Source: Verrucomicrobiia bacterium (lineage in GTDB: Bacteria > Verrucomicrobiota > Verrucomicrobiia > Limisphaerales > UBA1319). From it: DNA of 64,000 bases. Under the pieces are notes generated by a model. That model was given only the letters and a program-made list of their open reading frames with translations. It searched no databases and was not told the DNA's origin. The position numbers and the translations under genes are program-made. The stretch's first letter is position 1. Every line of letters begins with the position of its first letter. Shown here piece by piece: positions 18,331 through 28,466 of the stretch. Location of the stretch: assembly GCA_963664225.1 (NCBI GenBank), contig OY760937.1:256001-320000 (forward strand), given 5' to 3'.

Positions 18331-18402
18331 GATCAGGAGCGTTGGCCGCCAACCTGGCGGTTCACGCGCGATCGCACCCATCCTTCCCCAACAGGGAGGC
18401 TG

Positions 18403-18978
18403 TCATGGTGAAGCGGGTTTCGAGGGAGTGAACACCAGGGAGGCGGAATTGAGGCAATACCGCAGGCCGGTGGGTTTGGGGCCGTCATCGAAAACGTGGC
18501 CCAGATGGGCATCGCACCGGGCGCAGAGGACCTCGGTGCGGACCATGCCGAAGCTGAGGTCGGGTTTTGAAAGGACGTTTTCTTTGGCGATGGGAGTGAA
18601 AAAGCTGGGCCAGCCGGTGCCGGAATCAAATTTGGCATCCGCGGAAAAGAGGGGTAACGCGCAGCAGACGCAGGAATAAACGCCGGGTTTCTTGTGGTCA
18701 TAAAACACGCCGCAAAAAGGACGTTCGGTGCCTTTGCCCCGGGCCACCTCATACTGTTCCTTGGTGAGCAATTTTCGCCATTCCGCGTCGGTTTTGATCA
18801 CTTTATCCATGGTCATAAGTTCTGTGGGCTGTCCTTTGTCGTCCAACAGGCGGACGGCGACTTTTCCGGGTTGCGATGGGGCGGAGCTGGTCTCTGAACT
18901 GGCGGAAGTGTGGGTTCCGCAAGCGGCCAGCAGCGCGCAAAGGGCCAAACCGAACATCGTTAACACAGCTTTGTTCAT
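18403..18978 (-). CDS. msrB: Peptide methionine-R-sulfoxide reductase MsrB with lipoprotein signal
   Basis: 'GTERPF', 'KFDSGTGWPSF', 'RTEV.C..CDAHLGHVFDDGP.PTGLRYCLNS'; lipobox LAAC. Confidence 0.95.
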   Translation of the reverse strand: MNKAVLTMFGLALCALLAACGTHTSASSETSSAPSQPGKVAVRLLDDKGQPTELMTMDKVIKTDAEWRKLLTKEQYEVARGKGTERPFCGVFYDHKKPGVYSCVCCALPLFSADAKFDSGTGWPSFFTPIAKENVLSKPDLSFGMVRTEVLCARCDAHLGHVFDDGPKPTGLRYCLNSASLVFTPSKPASP

Positions 18979-19129
18979 CGCGCGTCAATATAGTCCAAAA
19001 CGGGCGTTGTGCCATCCGGTTGTGAGGGTGAGAAGGCGGGTGTTTGGGTTTGCAAAGGTGCGATGGCGGTTTTAAGGTGCGCTGAGATTCACGCAAGGAC
19101 AAAACGGACCGCCGATTTTTTATAAGCCT

Positions 19130-22100
19130 ATGGAAGGAATCGTAATTATCATCCTAATTGTCATCGGTTTGATCATTGGCCTGCCTATCATTGCCATTGT
19201 CAAGGCAGGCCGGGCCGCGCGTCGATTGGAGGAATTGCTGCAACGGCTGGATACGGTGGAGTCGGAATTACGCGTTTTGAAGAGGATGGGTCGTTCTGCA
19301 GAACCGGCTGCGAATGAGGCAAAGGAAAGTGAAAAGGCGTGGGGATCCGTGTTTCCAGAGGCGACCTCACCAGTGCAGAGTCAACCCACTCCTCCAACTG
19401 CTCCAGTGCAGATGGAAACGGTGGAACCTCCCCTTGTTACCATGGAACCGGATCTGCCACCGTTCATCGAGAGCGCCGCAACGGTGTTCGTCAGGCGAGC
19501 CGAGGTCAAGCACAGAGCGCCAGGGCCTTTGATATCACCCATACCCGAAAGAGAGGCCAAGGGGATCACTGCCGGAATCAACTGGGAGCAGTTCATGGGG
19601 GTCAAACTTTTTGCCTGGGTGGGTGGATTGGCCCTGTTTTTGGGGGTTGCGTTTGCGGTGAAGTATTCGTTCGACCAGGGGTTGATCAGCCCGCCGGTGC
19701 GGGTGGCGCTGGGTTTCTTAACGGGGCTGGGGCTGGTGGTGGGTGGGCTGTGCCTGGCGCGGGAACGGTATGCGGTGACGGTTCAGGCGCTGTGCTCGGC
19801 GGGCTTGCTGATTTTGTATTCGAACATTTTTGCGGCTACCTCCTTTTATAAATTGATATCGGGAGGGCTGGCGTTTCCGCTGATGATCCTGGTCACGGTG
19901 ACGGCTTTTCTGCTGGCGGTGCGATTGAATGCGGTGGCGGTGGCCGTCATGGGTCTGGCGGGGGGATTCTTGACGCCACCCCTGCTTTCCGAGGGTAAGA
20001 ACCGTCCTCTAGAACTGTTCACATATGTCGCCATACTCGACCTGGGCCTGATGGCGGTCGCATTCAAAAAACGTTGGAGCTACCTGGCGTTAATGGCGGC
20101 TGCCGGGACGATTGTCATGCAATGCGGGTGGGCGGAAAAGTTTTACAGCGTGCCGGAAATGGGAACCGCCCTGGCGGTTTTTCTGTTCTTTGCGTGGTTG
20201 TTCCCCGCGTTTTTCCTATGGGCCAGACAACGGGAACAGGATGACAAATACCTAATGGCCTCTGCGGTGCTGATGCCCATGGCCATGCTGGTGTTTGCGA
20301 ATGTGCTTCTCATGGATTCGCACCTGGGAGGCGGGCAGGAACCGGTTCTGCTGTTTGGCTGCGTGTTTGCGGCGGACGTTGCGCTGCTCCTGATTGCGTG
20401 GTTCAAGGTGGAACTGCGAAGCATCCATGCGGTGGCGGGCGGGGCGGTTTACTGGCTGCTGGCGGTTTGGACGATGGACTATCTGAAGCCCGAGACATTG
20501 AATCATGCGCTGGCGTTGTATCTGTGTTTTGCGATTCTGCATTCGGTGTTTCCGGTGATGGCTGGGAAATATCGTCCCGCGCCGACGCCAGTCTGGTGGG
20601 CGCATGTGTTCGCTCCGCTGGCTCTGCTCTTGTTTCTGGCGCCAATCTTCAAGCTGGCCGCAGTATCGATGCTGCTGTGGCCGGCGGTGTTGCTGGTGGA
20701 TCTGGTGGCGATCGCGCTGGCGTTTGTCACGGCCTCCGTGCTGGGATTGCTCGCGGTGCTTGTGTTGACGGTTCTGGCCATGGGCTGCTGGGTATTGGAA
20801 GCCCCTGGGGAAATCGGTAACCTATCGGGATACCTTATTGTGGTGGGTGGATTTGGGATTTTCTTTTTTCTGGCGGGAATGTTCGCGGTCAAGAAATCGA
20901 TATTTCCATCAAGCCAGACGGAGGAGGAAAGCGATGCGGGCTCGACGACGATATTTTCCAACAACCGCCTTGCCGAACATATTCCGGCACTTTCGGCCAT
21001 ACTGCCCTTTCTGCTGCTCATGATGGTGGTGGAGCGATTGCCGATTGGCGATCCATCACCGGTGTTTGGTCTGGCGGGTTTGATGATGATTTTGCTCCTG
21101 GGGCTGGCATGGACGGGGAAGGCGGACCTGCTTTGCCTGGTGAGCCTGGTGTGCGTGTGGGGGGTGGAATGCGCATGGCAATTCCGGCGTTTTGACACGG
21201 AGCATGCCCCGATTGCGCTCGGGTGGTATCTGGGTTTTCAAGCGGTTCTGACGCTGTTTCCGTTTATGTTCCAATCCCGGATGAAGGGGCGGGTAATCCC
21301 ATGGATGGCGGCGGCGCTGGCGGGACCGGCACAATTTTTCCTGGTGCATCGTCTGGTGAAGGCGGCGTATCCGAATTCCTACATGGGGCTGCTTCCGGCG
21401 GTCTTTGCCATTCCCGCGCTGGTGTCGCTGGCGCGGGCGGCTGGCGTGGGGGCGGGAGGGGATCAACATCAAAAATCGGTACTGGCGCTGTTCGGGGGCG
21501 TGGCGCTGTTTTTCATCACGCTGATTTTTCCGATTCAATTCGATCGCGAATGGATCACGCTGGGATGGGCGGTGGAAGGGATGGCGCTGTTGTGGTTGCT
21601 GCACCGGATATCCCATGAAGGCCTGAAGTGGGCGGGCGTGGGATTGCTGGCGGTGGCGTTCATCAGGCTGGCGGTCAATCCAAGGGTGCTGGAGTATCAT
21701 TTGCGCTCGGGCACGCCGATTTTCAATTGGTATCTCTACGCGTATGGCGTGACGAGCCTTTGTCTATTCGTGGGGGCAGTTTTGCTTGCGCCGCCGCGAG
21801 ATCAATTGAATGGAATAAAGATGCCGCCGCTTCTGCGGGGGATGGGCACCCTGCTGGCGTTTTGGCTGTTGAACATTGAGATCGCGGATTATTTCAGCGT
21901 TGGAACTTCGACCCGGTTTGATTTCTCCGGCAATTTTGCGCGGGACATGGCTTATTCGCTGGGATGGGCGGTGTTTTCCCTGATACTGCTGGTGGTGGGC
22001 ATCAGCCGACAGACCCGCCCGGCACGCTATGCGGGGATTGGTTTGCTGACTTTCACCATGCTAAAATTGTTTCTGCATGACCTGTGGAGCCTGGGCGGAC

Positions 22101-22216
22101 TATACCGGATCGGATCCTTCATCGGGCTTGCGCTGGTACTGATCGTCGTATCCTTTTTATACCAACGTTATCTTTCGCCGACGGCCGGTGAGAAGCAGCC
22201 GGAGAAGTTACCATGA
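19130..22216 (+). CDS. DUF2339-family polytopic membrane protein
   Basis: N-terminal TM and coiled coil, Pro-rich linker, 'WEQFMGVKLFAWVGG' and about 25 TM segments ending 'KLFLHDLW.L..LYRIGSFIGL'. Confidence 0.85.
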   Translation: MEGIVIIILIVIGLIIGLPIIAIVKAGRAARRLEELLQRLDTVESELRVLKRMGRSAEPAANEAKESEKAWGSVFPEATSPVQSQPTPPTAPVQMETVEPPLVTMEPDLPPFIESAATVFVRRAEVKHRAPGPLISPIPEREAKGITAGINWEQFMGVKLFAWVGGLALFLGVAFAVKYSFDQGLISPPVRVALGFLTGLGLVVGGLCLARERYAVTVQALCSAGLLILYSNIFAATSFYKLISGGLAFPLMILVTVTAFLLAVRLNAVAVAVMGLAGGFLTPPLLSEGKNRPLELFTYVAILDLGLMAVAFKKRWSYLALMAAAGTIVMQCGWAEKFYSVPEMGTALAVFLFFAWLFPAFFLWARQREQDDKYLMASAVLMPMAMLVFANVLLMDSHLGGGQEPVLLFGCVFAADVALLLIAWFKVELRSIHAVAGGAVYWLLAVWTMDYLKPETLNHALALYLCFAILHSVFPVMAGKYRPAPTPVWWAHVFAPLALLLFLAPIFKLAAVSMLLWPAVLLVDLVAIALAFVTASVLGLLAVLVLTVLAMGCWVLEAPGEIGNLSGYLIVVGGFGIFFFLAGMFAVKKSIFPSSQTEEESDAGSTTIFSNNRLAEHIPALSAILPFLLLMMVVERLPIGDPSPVFGLAGLMMILLLGLAWTGKADLLCLVSLVCVWGVECAWQFRRFDTEHAPIALGWYLGFQAVLTLFPFMFQSRMKGRVIPWMAAALAGPAQFFLVHRLVKAAYPNSYMGLLPAVFAIPALVSLARAAGVGAGGDQHQKSVLALFGGVALFFITLIFPIQFDREWITLGWAVEGMALLWLLHRISHEGLKWAGVGLLAVAFIRLAVNPRVLEYHLRSGTPIFNWYLYAYGVTSLCLFVGAVLLAPPRDQLNGIKMPPLLRGMGTLLAFWLLNIEIADYFSVGTSTRFDFSGNFARDMAYSLGWAVFSLILLVVGISRQTRPARYAGIGLLTFTMLKLFLHDLWSLGGLYRIGSFIGLALVLIVVSFLYQRYLSPTAGEKQPEKLP

Positions 22217-24183
22217 AAAACAAATGGATTGTCGCGACATTGTTCGTTGCCGTGGGCATCGTCGTTTCTGGCGCGCCATTGCCGGAGGCTTGGAAATACG
22301 ATCAAACCGTTGCCATTGGGACGAACGGCTTGATCAAGATCGATGTGCCGCTGGAGACACTCGACCATGCGCGGCCGGCCCTCGAAGATTTGCGCCTGTA
22401 CGATGCCCAGGGGGTGGAGACCCCGTTCCTGATCGAGCGTCCCGTGCAGGTTCCGGCGGTGGTGCAAGCCGCGCGCAATATGCGTGTCACGCTGCGGCCC
22501 GAGGCCACCGTGGTGGTGGTGGAAACCGGTCTCACGCAGGCATTGGACGGACTGATTTTGGAATCGCCCGCGCGGGCATTTATAAAATCGGCCACGCTCG
22601 AGGGATCGCAGGACGGGAAGAACTGGCAGACACTTGCGGATGGGGAACCCATTTTCCGACAGTTCCCTGGCGCAAATAAACTGCACTTGCCAGTGACCGC
22701 CGCAAAGTGGGCCTGGCTGCGTGTGACACTTGACGACAAGCGGTCCCCGCCCATACCCATCACCGGCGCGCGGATTCAGGCGGCGGGTCCTGAACCGGCG
22801 CCCACGCAGCCGATGGCATTACGGGTGACCGAGCGCGAGGACGGCCCGGCACGCACACGGCTTACGGTGCGTGTGGCGGGCGCTCCGGTCGTGCTGGCGG
22901 GCATCACCATTGAAACGCCCGAACCGCTCTTTACGCGGCGCGTGTCACTCTTTCGCCCGAGTGTCGAGGAAAACGAAATTCGTGAAACCGTGCTTGCGGA
23001 AGGCACTGTTTACCGGATGGCCCTGGAAGGGAGGCCCATGGTGTCGGACCTGACCTTCGCGCAGGATGCGGTGGTGCCTGTGAAGGAATTGGTCATGACG
23101 ATTGAGAACGGAGATTCTCCACCGCTGGCGATTACAGCGGTGCGGGCGGCCCGGCGTCCGGTGCTCTTGACGTTCCTGGCGTCGGGACCGGGAGTCTATC
23201 ATTTGTTGAGCGGCAATCCAGATTGCGCGGCGCCGCAATACGATCTGGCGAGCATGCCGCACGATGTTTCCGGACGCTGGGTGCCTTCGCGCGCTGGCGA
23301 GCCTGGCACCAACGCCACCTTCAAGCAGAAGGCTCCGTTGCCGGAGGTTGCGGAATCGGGAGCGGTCCTGGACACCAGCGAGTGGAGTTTCCGCAAACGC
23401 GTTGTGATCGGGCAGGGTGGGGTGCAGCAGCTTGAACTGGATTTGGAGACATTATCTGAGGCGGCCAGGGACTTTGGCGATTTGCGGTTGATCCTTGATG
23501 GCCGCCAGGTTTCCTACCTGATTGAGCGCCCGGTTTTGTCGCGCCGGTTTTCGCCCATTACCGAAAAAGTGATTGATCCCAAAAGGCCATCCGTCAGCCG
23601 CTGGCGGTTGAAATTGCCGCAACAATCTCTGGCCGTTACGCGGCTTCAAGGTCAGACCGAGGCTCCGTTTTTCAAACGCGATGCAGTCCTCTTGCAAGAG
23701 GTGCCGGACGAGCGCGGGAATCTCTACACGGTCCAACGCGGTGCCGCGTCCTGGGTTCGTGTGTTGAATCAAACCAAGACGCCTTTGTCGATGGATATTC
23801 AGGGACCTCTCTCCTCGGACACGGTTTTTCTGGAAATGGAGAATGGGGACAATCCGCCGCTGGAAATGCGCGGTTTTGAAATGGAATATCCCGTGGTGCG
23901 GTTGATATTCAAGGCGACGGGCGAGGGAAATGTTTATTTGTATTACGGCAATCCAAAGGCGCGGCGTCCGCAATATGACATCGATCTGGCCGCGCGCCAG
24001 ATGCTGGCGGAGGTGAAGATCAAGGCGACTCCGGGACCCGCCGAACCATTGCGGGGACACCGCGGCATCGAGCGACTGGGTGGCGCGTCGGGTTGGGTGT
24101 TTTGGGGCGTGCTTGGCCTGGTGGTGATCGGTCTGCTTGTGGTCATCACGCGACTGCTCCCAAAACACATGGGCGATAAATGA
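22213..24183 (+). CDS. DUF3999-like exported protein with internal duplication and C-terminal TM anchor
   Basis: Coupled to the DUF2339 gene (ATGA overlap); two copies of 'LETL..AR....DLRL' ... 'ENGD.PPL' ... 'GNP....PQYD'. Confidence 0.65.
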   Translation: MKNKWIVATLFVAVGIVVSGAPLPEAWKYDQTVAIGTNGLIKIDVPLETLDHARPALEDLRLYDAQGVETPFLIERPVQVPAVVQAARNMRVTLRPEATVVVVETGLTQALDGLILESPARAFIKSATLEGSQDGKNWQTLADGEPIFRQFPGANKLHLPVTAAKWAWLRVTLDDKRSPPIPITGARIQAAGPEPAPTQPMALRVTEREDGPARTRLTVRVAGAPVVLAGITIETPEPLFTRRVSLFRPSVEENEIRETVLAEGTVYRMALEGRPMVSDLTFAQDAVVPVKELVMTIENGDSPPLAITAVRAARRPVLLTFLASGPGVYHLLSGNPDCAAPQYDLASMPHDVSGRWVPSRAGEPGTNATFKQKAPLPEVAESGAVLDTSEWSFRKRVVIGQGGVQQLELDLETLSEAARDFGDLRLILDGRQVSYLIERPVLSRRFSPITEKVIDPKRPSVSRWRLKLPQQSLAVTRLQGQTEAPFFKRDAVLLQEVPDERGNLYTVQRGAASWVRVLNQTKTPLSMDIQGPLSSDTVFLEMENGDNPPLEMRGFEMEYPVVRLIFKATGEGNVYLYYGNPKARRPQYDIDLAARQMLAEVKIKATPGPAEPLRGHRGIERLGGASGWVFWGVLGLVVIGLLVVITRLLPKHMGDK

Positions 24184-24207
24184 CGGAAACGGTTGCTCCG
24201 GGCACGG

Positions 24208-25302
24208 TCAGTCCGCGGCCCGCCTGTATTGAATGGGCATCTGGATGGCAGCCTTGTTATGCACAGTGGCGGCGGCTTCGATGGGCCAGTAGGGATTGCG
24301 CAACATTTCGCGCGCGAGCAACACGATGTCGGCCTGGCCGTTGCGAATGATCCCGTCCGCCTGCATGGCGTCGGTGATGAAGCCCACGGCGGCGGTGCGA
24401 ATATTGGCCTGTTTTCGAATGGCTTCCGCGAAAGGCACCTGGAAGCAGGCGCCGAAGGGAATCGCCTTGTATTCGGGAGTGACAAAGGCGGAACTGCAAT
24501 CGATCAGATCGACACCCTCGTTTTTAAGGAGCTTCGAAAATTCAATCGATTCCTCGATGGTCCAGCCGCCCTCGACCCAATCTGTGCAGGAGAGGCGGAT
24601 GGTAAAGGGGAATTTGTCGGGCCAGACCTGGCGCATGAGGCGGGTTGTTTCCAGGGTCATGCGGATTCTGTTTTCGAAGCTCCCACCATAATTATCCTGG
24701 CGCTTGTTGCTCAGCGGGGAATAGAAGCTGTGCAGGAGGTAGCCATGGGCGGCGTGGAGTTCGAGCCATTCGCAACCGGCATGAACGGCGCGCAGGGTGG
24801 CGCCTCGAAACGCCTCCTGAACGGTGTGAATATCGGTAAGGGTCATCTCGCGGGGCGCGCGCGTCAGGTTGTCGCCGAATGGCAGGGCGCTGGGCGCGAT
24901 GGTCTCCCATCCGCCTTCGGCATCCGTGAGGGATCGTCCATTATCCTCCCAGGGACGCGCGGAGCTGGCTTTGCGTCCGGCGTGGGCCAGTTGAATTCCG
25001 GGCACGGCCCCATGTTGTTTCATGAAGCGATTGATGCGGGCCAGCGGCTCAATGTGGGCATCCGACCAAAGGCCCGAATCGCCGGGGGAGATGCGTCCAC
25101 GGGGCTCCACGCCGGTGGCTTCCACGATGACCAGACCCGCGCCGCCCACGGCGCGCGCGCCCAAATGGACGAGATGCCAGTCATTGAGGAGGCCGTTTTC
25201 GCAGGTGTATTGGCACATCGGGGAAACGCCAATGCGGTTGCGCAGGGTAACTCCCCGGATGGTGAGCGGCGAAAAAAGGTGCGGACGATCGTTAGTTTGC
25301 AT
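24208..25302 (-). CDS. NADH:flavin oxidoreductase (Old Yellow Enzyme, YqjM/NamA-like)
   Basis: 'LRNRIGVSPMCQY', 'QLAHAGRKAS' and 'LHAAHGYLLHSF.SPLSN.R.D.YGGSFENR'. Confidence 0.93.
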   Translation of the reverse strand: MQTNDRPHLFSPLTIRGVTLRNRIGVSPMCQYTCENGLLNDWHLVHLGARAVGGAGLVIVEATGVEPRGRISPGDSGLWSDAHIEPLARINRFMKQHGAVPGIQLAHAGRKASSARPWEDNGRSLTDAEGGWETIAPSALPFGDNLTRAPREMTLTDIHTVQEAFRGATLRAVHAGCEWLELHAAHGYLLHSFYSPLSNKRQDNYGGSFENRIRMTLETTRLMRQVWPDKFPFTIRLSCTDWVEGGWTIEESIEFSKLLKNEGVDLIDCSSAFVTPEYKAIPFGACFQVPFAEAIRKQANIRTAAVGFITDAMQADGIIRNGQADIVLLAREMLRNPYWPIEAAATVHNKAAIQMPIQYRRAAD

Positions 25303-25474
25303 GTTTAAGCCTTATCAAAATTAACCTCAGTCAGAATATTTAATAAATATCGTCCAAGTGGGCTGCGGCGTCCAATGCTACGCGTTATTTGTGGGCAGTT
25401 TTGTCCGTGATGGCAGTCCAGAAAATTGTGTTTTTCATCTTTACGTTATTGGATGAAGATCGAACAATGGCGGC

Positions 25475-28417
25475 ATGAAAATCAATCCCGGGATCCATCC
25501 TCGTGCCGTTGCATGGCTTGTTTGCATTCTTGTTTTCTGGAGTTCGTTGAGTGGCCGGGCCGCGGCGAACAATCCCAATACAGACTGGTTCAAGGAGGCC
25601 AAATACGGGGTGTTCATGCACTTTCTGCCGGGGAGTGCGGCTGATTTGGAAAAGACGGGGAAATTCGATGTTCAGGCGCTGGCCGGGCAATTGGAGACGA
25701 TGGGGGCGAAGTATTTCGTCCTGACCCTGGGGCAGAACTCGGGCTATTTCAACGCGCCCAACGCCGCCTATGACCGGCGCACAGGATACGCGGCGGGCGA
25801 AAGGTGCTCGAAACGCGATCTGCCGCTCGAACTTTATGACGCGCTCCATGCGAAGGGGATTCGCCTGATGCTCTATTTGCCGTGCCAGACGCCCAATGGC
25901 GATGTGCGCGCGCAGAAGGCATTTGGGCTGGCGCAGGGGGCCCAGGATCAGCCGATCGATGCGGCCTTTGCGGAAAAGTGGAGCGAGGTCATCCAGGAAT
26001 GGGCGGATCGTTACGGGGACAAAGTGTCGGGCTGGTGGTTCGATGGGGGCTATGAGTGGGTGAAATTCAACGAGACCATTGCGACGCGCTACGCGGCCGC
26101 GGTCAAGCACGGGAATCCCAACGCCATCGTGACGTTCAATCCGGGCGTCAAGGTTATCCATTACACGGAGGCGGAGGATTACACGGCGGGGGAACTGAAC
26201 GAGCCTTTGGAAGTGATTCCCACGGGACGCTGGCTGGGCGGTTCCCAGTGGCATGCGCTGACCTATGTTGGTGCGAACTGGGGTCAAAGGAACACGCGAT
26301 TCACGGGGGAACAATGGGCGAAGTGGGTGCGGGCGGTGACCGACAAGGGAGGGGTGGTTACCCTGGACATGGGACCGAATTACAATCCGGAGACAGGGGC
26401 GATTGGCGCGCTGGCGAAGGAACAGGTGGCGCAAGTGGCGGCCATCCGGGAAGCGGTACGGGGTGCGGGATCCAAACCGATACCGTCCCCGGCCCGACTG
26501 AAGCGCGCGGCGAGTTTTCTGGGGATTCATTTCGATTTTCACGCCGGGATTGATTGCACGGAGATTGGGAAAAATACCACGCGCGAGATGGTGGAGAGCA
26601 TCATTGACCAAGTGCATCCGGATTATCTCCAGATCGATTGCAAGGGACACCCGGGTTTGACCAGTTATCCGACGCGGGCGGGAAATCAGGCCCCGGGATA
26701 TGTGGGCGATCCGCTGCGAATCTGGCGGGAAGTGACGACCGAACGGGGCGTGGCGCTTTACATGCATTACTCAGGCGTGTGGGATTCCGAGGCGATTCGG
26801 AAGCATCCGGAATGGGCGGTGATCAACGCGGACGGTTCGACCAACGGCAATGCGACCTCGTTCTTTGGGGCGTATGACGATCAACTGCTCATCCCCCAAT
26901 TGCGGGAACTGGCCGGGGACTACGGCGTGGATGGGGCATGGGTGGACGGGGAATGCTGGGCTTCGGCACCGGATTACAGCCCGGCAGCGCTCAAGGCGTT
27001 TCGTGAGAAGACGGGAATCGGTGAGGTTCCCCGCAAGCCCGGCGACGCGCATTGGTTCGAGTTCTTGGAATTCAACCGCGAGGCCTTCCGCAAACATCTG
27101 CGGCACTATGTGACCGAAGTCAAAAAGACCCATCCGGCCATGCAATTGTGCAGCAATTGGGCGTTCACGGACCACATGCCGGAGGGGGTTTCCGCGCCTG
27201 TGGATTGGATTTCCGGGGATTACTCGCCCCAGGACAGTGTCAATTCGGCGCGGTTTTCCGCGCGGTATCTGGCGCGCCAGGGCAAGCCGTGGGATTTGAT
27301 GGCGTGGAGCTTCACAATCGCGGGCGAGAAATTCAACGGATCGAATCAGAAGACGGCGGTGCAATTGAAACGCGAAGCCGCGGCCGTGTTGTCCCTTGGC
27401 GGAGGATTTCAGGCTTATTTCACCCAGCGGCGGGATGGTTCCGTGCGCCTGGAACAAATACCCGTGATGGCGGAGGTGGCGAAGTTCTGCCGGGCGCGGC
27501 AGGCGTTCTGCCAGGGGGCGGTTCCCGTGCCGCAAGTGGCGCTGCTCTACTCGACGGCGTCGCATTACCGGGAAATGAACGGGCTGTTTTCACGGGATTT
27601 GACGAGGCTCCGGGGAACGCTTCAGGCGTTGCTGGAAGGGCAGCAATCGGTGGAGATCGTCAGCGAACATAACCTCACGGGTCGCATGGCGGAATATCCA
27701 CTGATCGTCGTTGCGGAATGCGATTTCCTGGCTCCAGCCTTCAAGGACGAGTTGGTGCGGTATGTGCGCCAGGGCGGCAAACTGCTGGTGGTGGGTGGTG
27801 GAACAGCCAGGATGTTTTCGCAGGAACTGGGAGTGACCCTGGAAGGTTCCGCAGCGCCGGGGTATCTGGAGCATTCCGGGGCGCTCGTTGAAACGAAAGG
27901 TCAGGTGCAAACTGTGAAACTGGCAGAGAAGGCGCAGGCGTTCGGGCGCATGCATGCGACGAACGATCTGAATTCGCCGTTTCAAGCGGCGGCCTCCATC
28001 ACGAAACTTGGCCAGGGACAAATCGCGGCCACCTATTTTAACTTCAGCCAGGGCTATATCGAAAATCGCTCCGAGACGTCGCGGGGGTTTTTGAATGCGC
28101 TGATGCGGGAGTTGTTTCCGAATCCGTTGGTGCAAGTGCAGGGTTCAGCGGATGTGGACGTGTCGGTTAATCGCGTCAAGGGTCGGCTGGCCGTGAATCT
28201 GGTGAACACCGCCGGGCCGCACGCGGACCTCAAAGCGCCAATCCATGAATCGATTCCAGTCGTGGGGCCACTGCAAATAGTGATCCGCCATCCGAATAAA
28301 CCGGCGCATGTGACAATGCAACCGGGCAACCAGGAGTTGCCGTTCGAGTATGGTTCCGGGGAAATTCGTCTGACGGTGCCCAAACTGGAAATCCATGACA
28401 TCATCCTGGTGGATTGA
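25475..28417 (+). CDS. Secreted tandem glycoside hydrolase: GH29-like barrel fused to a second fucosidase-like (GH151/GHL6-like) barrel
   Basis: Domain 1 'WFKEAKYGVFMHF...GWWFDG'; domain 2 'LGIHFDFH...DCKGHPG...DGAWVDGE' followed by a GH42-trimerisation-like region. Confidence 0.65.
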   Translation: MKINPGIHPRAVAWLVCILVFWSSLSGRAAANNPNTDWFKEAKYGVFMHFLPGSAADLEKTGKFDVQALAGQLETMGAKYFVLTLGQNSGYFNAPNAAYDRRTGYAAGERCSKRDLPLELYDALHAKGIRLMLYLPCQTPNGDVRAQKAFGLAQGAQDQPIDAAFAEKWSEVIQEWADRYGDKVSGWWFDGGYEWVKFNETIATRYAAAVKHGNPNAIVTFNPGVKVIHYTEAEDYTAGELNEPLEVIPTGRWLGGSQWHALTYVGANWGQRNTRFTGEQWAKWVRAVTDKGGVVTLDMGPNYNPETGAIGALAKEQVAQVAAIREAVRGAGSKPIPSPARLKRAASFLGIHFDFHAGIDCTEIGKNTTREMVESIIDQVHPDYLQIDCKGHPGLTSYPTRAGNQAPGYVGDPLRIWREVTTERGVALYMHYSGVWDSEAIRKHPEWAVINADGSTNGNATSFFGAYDDQLLIPQLRELAGDYGVDGAWVDGECWASAPDYSPAALKAFREKTGIGEVPRKPGDAHWFEFLEFNREAFRKHLRHYVTEVKKTHPAMQLCSNWAFTDHMPEGVSAPVDWISGDYSPQDSVNSARFSARYLARQGKPWDLMAWSFTIAGEKFNGSNQKTAVQLKREAAAVLSLGGGFQAYFTQRRDGSVRLEQIPVMAEVAKFCRARQAFCQGAVPVPQVALLYSTASHYREMNGLFSRDLTRLRGTLQALLEGQQSVEIVSEHNLTGRMAEYPLIVVAECDFLAPAFKDELVRYVRQGGKLLVVGGGTARMFSQELGVTLEGSAAPGYLEHSGALVETKGQVQTVKLAEKAQAFGRMHATNDLNSPFQAAASITKLGQGQIAATYFNFSQGYIENRSETSRGFLNALMRELFPNPLVQVQGSADVDVSVNRVKGRLAVNLVNTAGPHADLKAPIHESIPVVGPLQIVIRHPNKPAHVTMQPGNQELPFEYGSGEIRLTVPKLEIHDIILVD

Positions 28418-28466
28418 TAATGGCCGCGAAATCCACTATGATCTGAAAGTTAACCAAGAAAAAATT

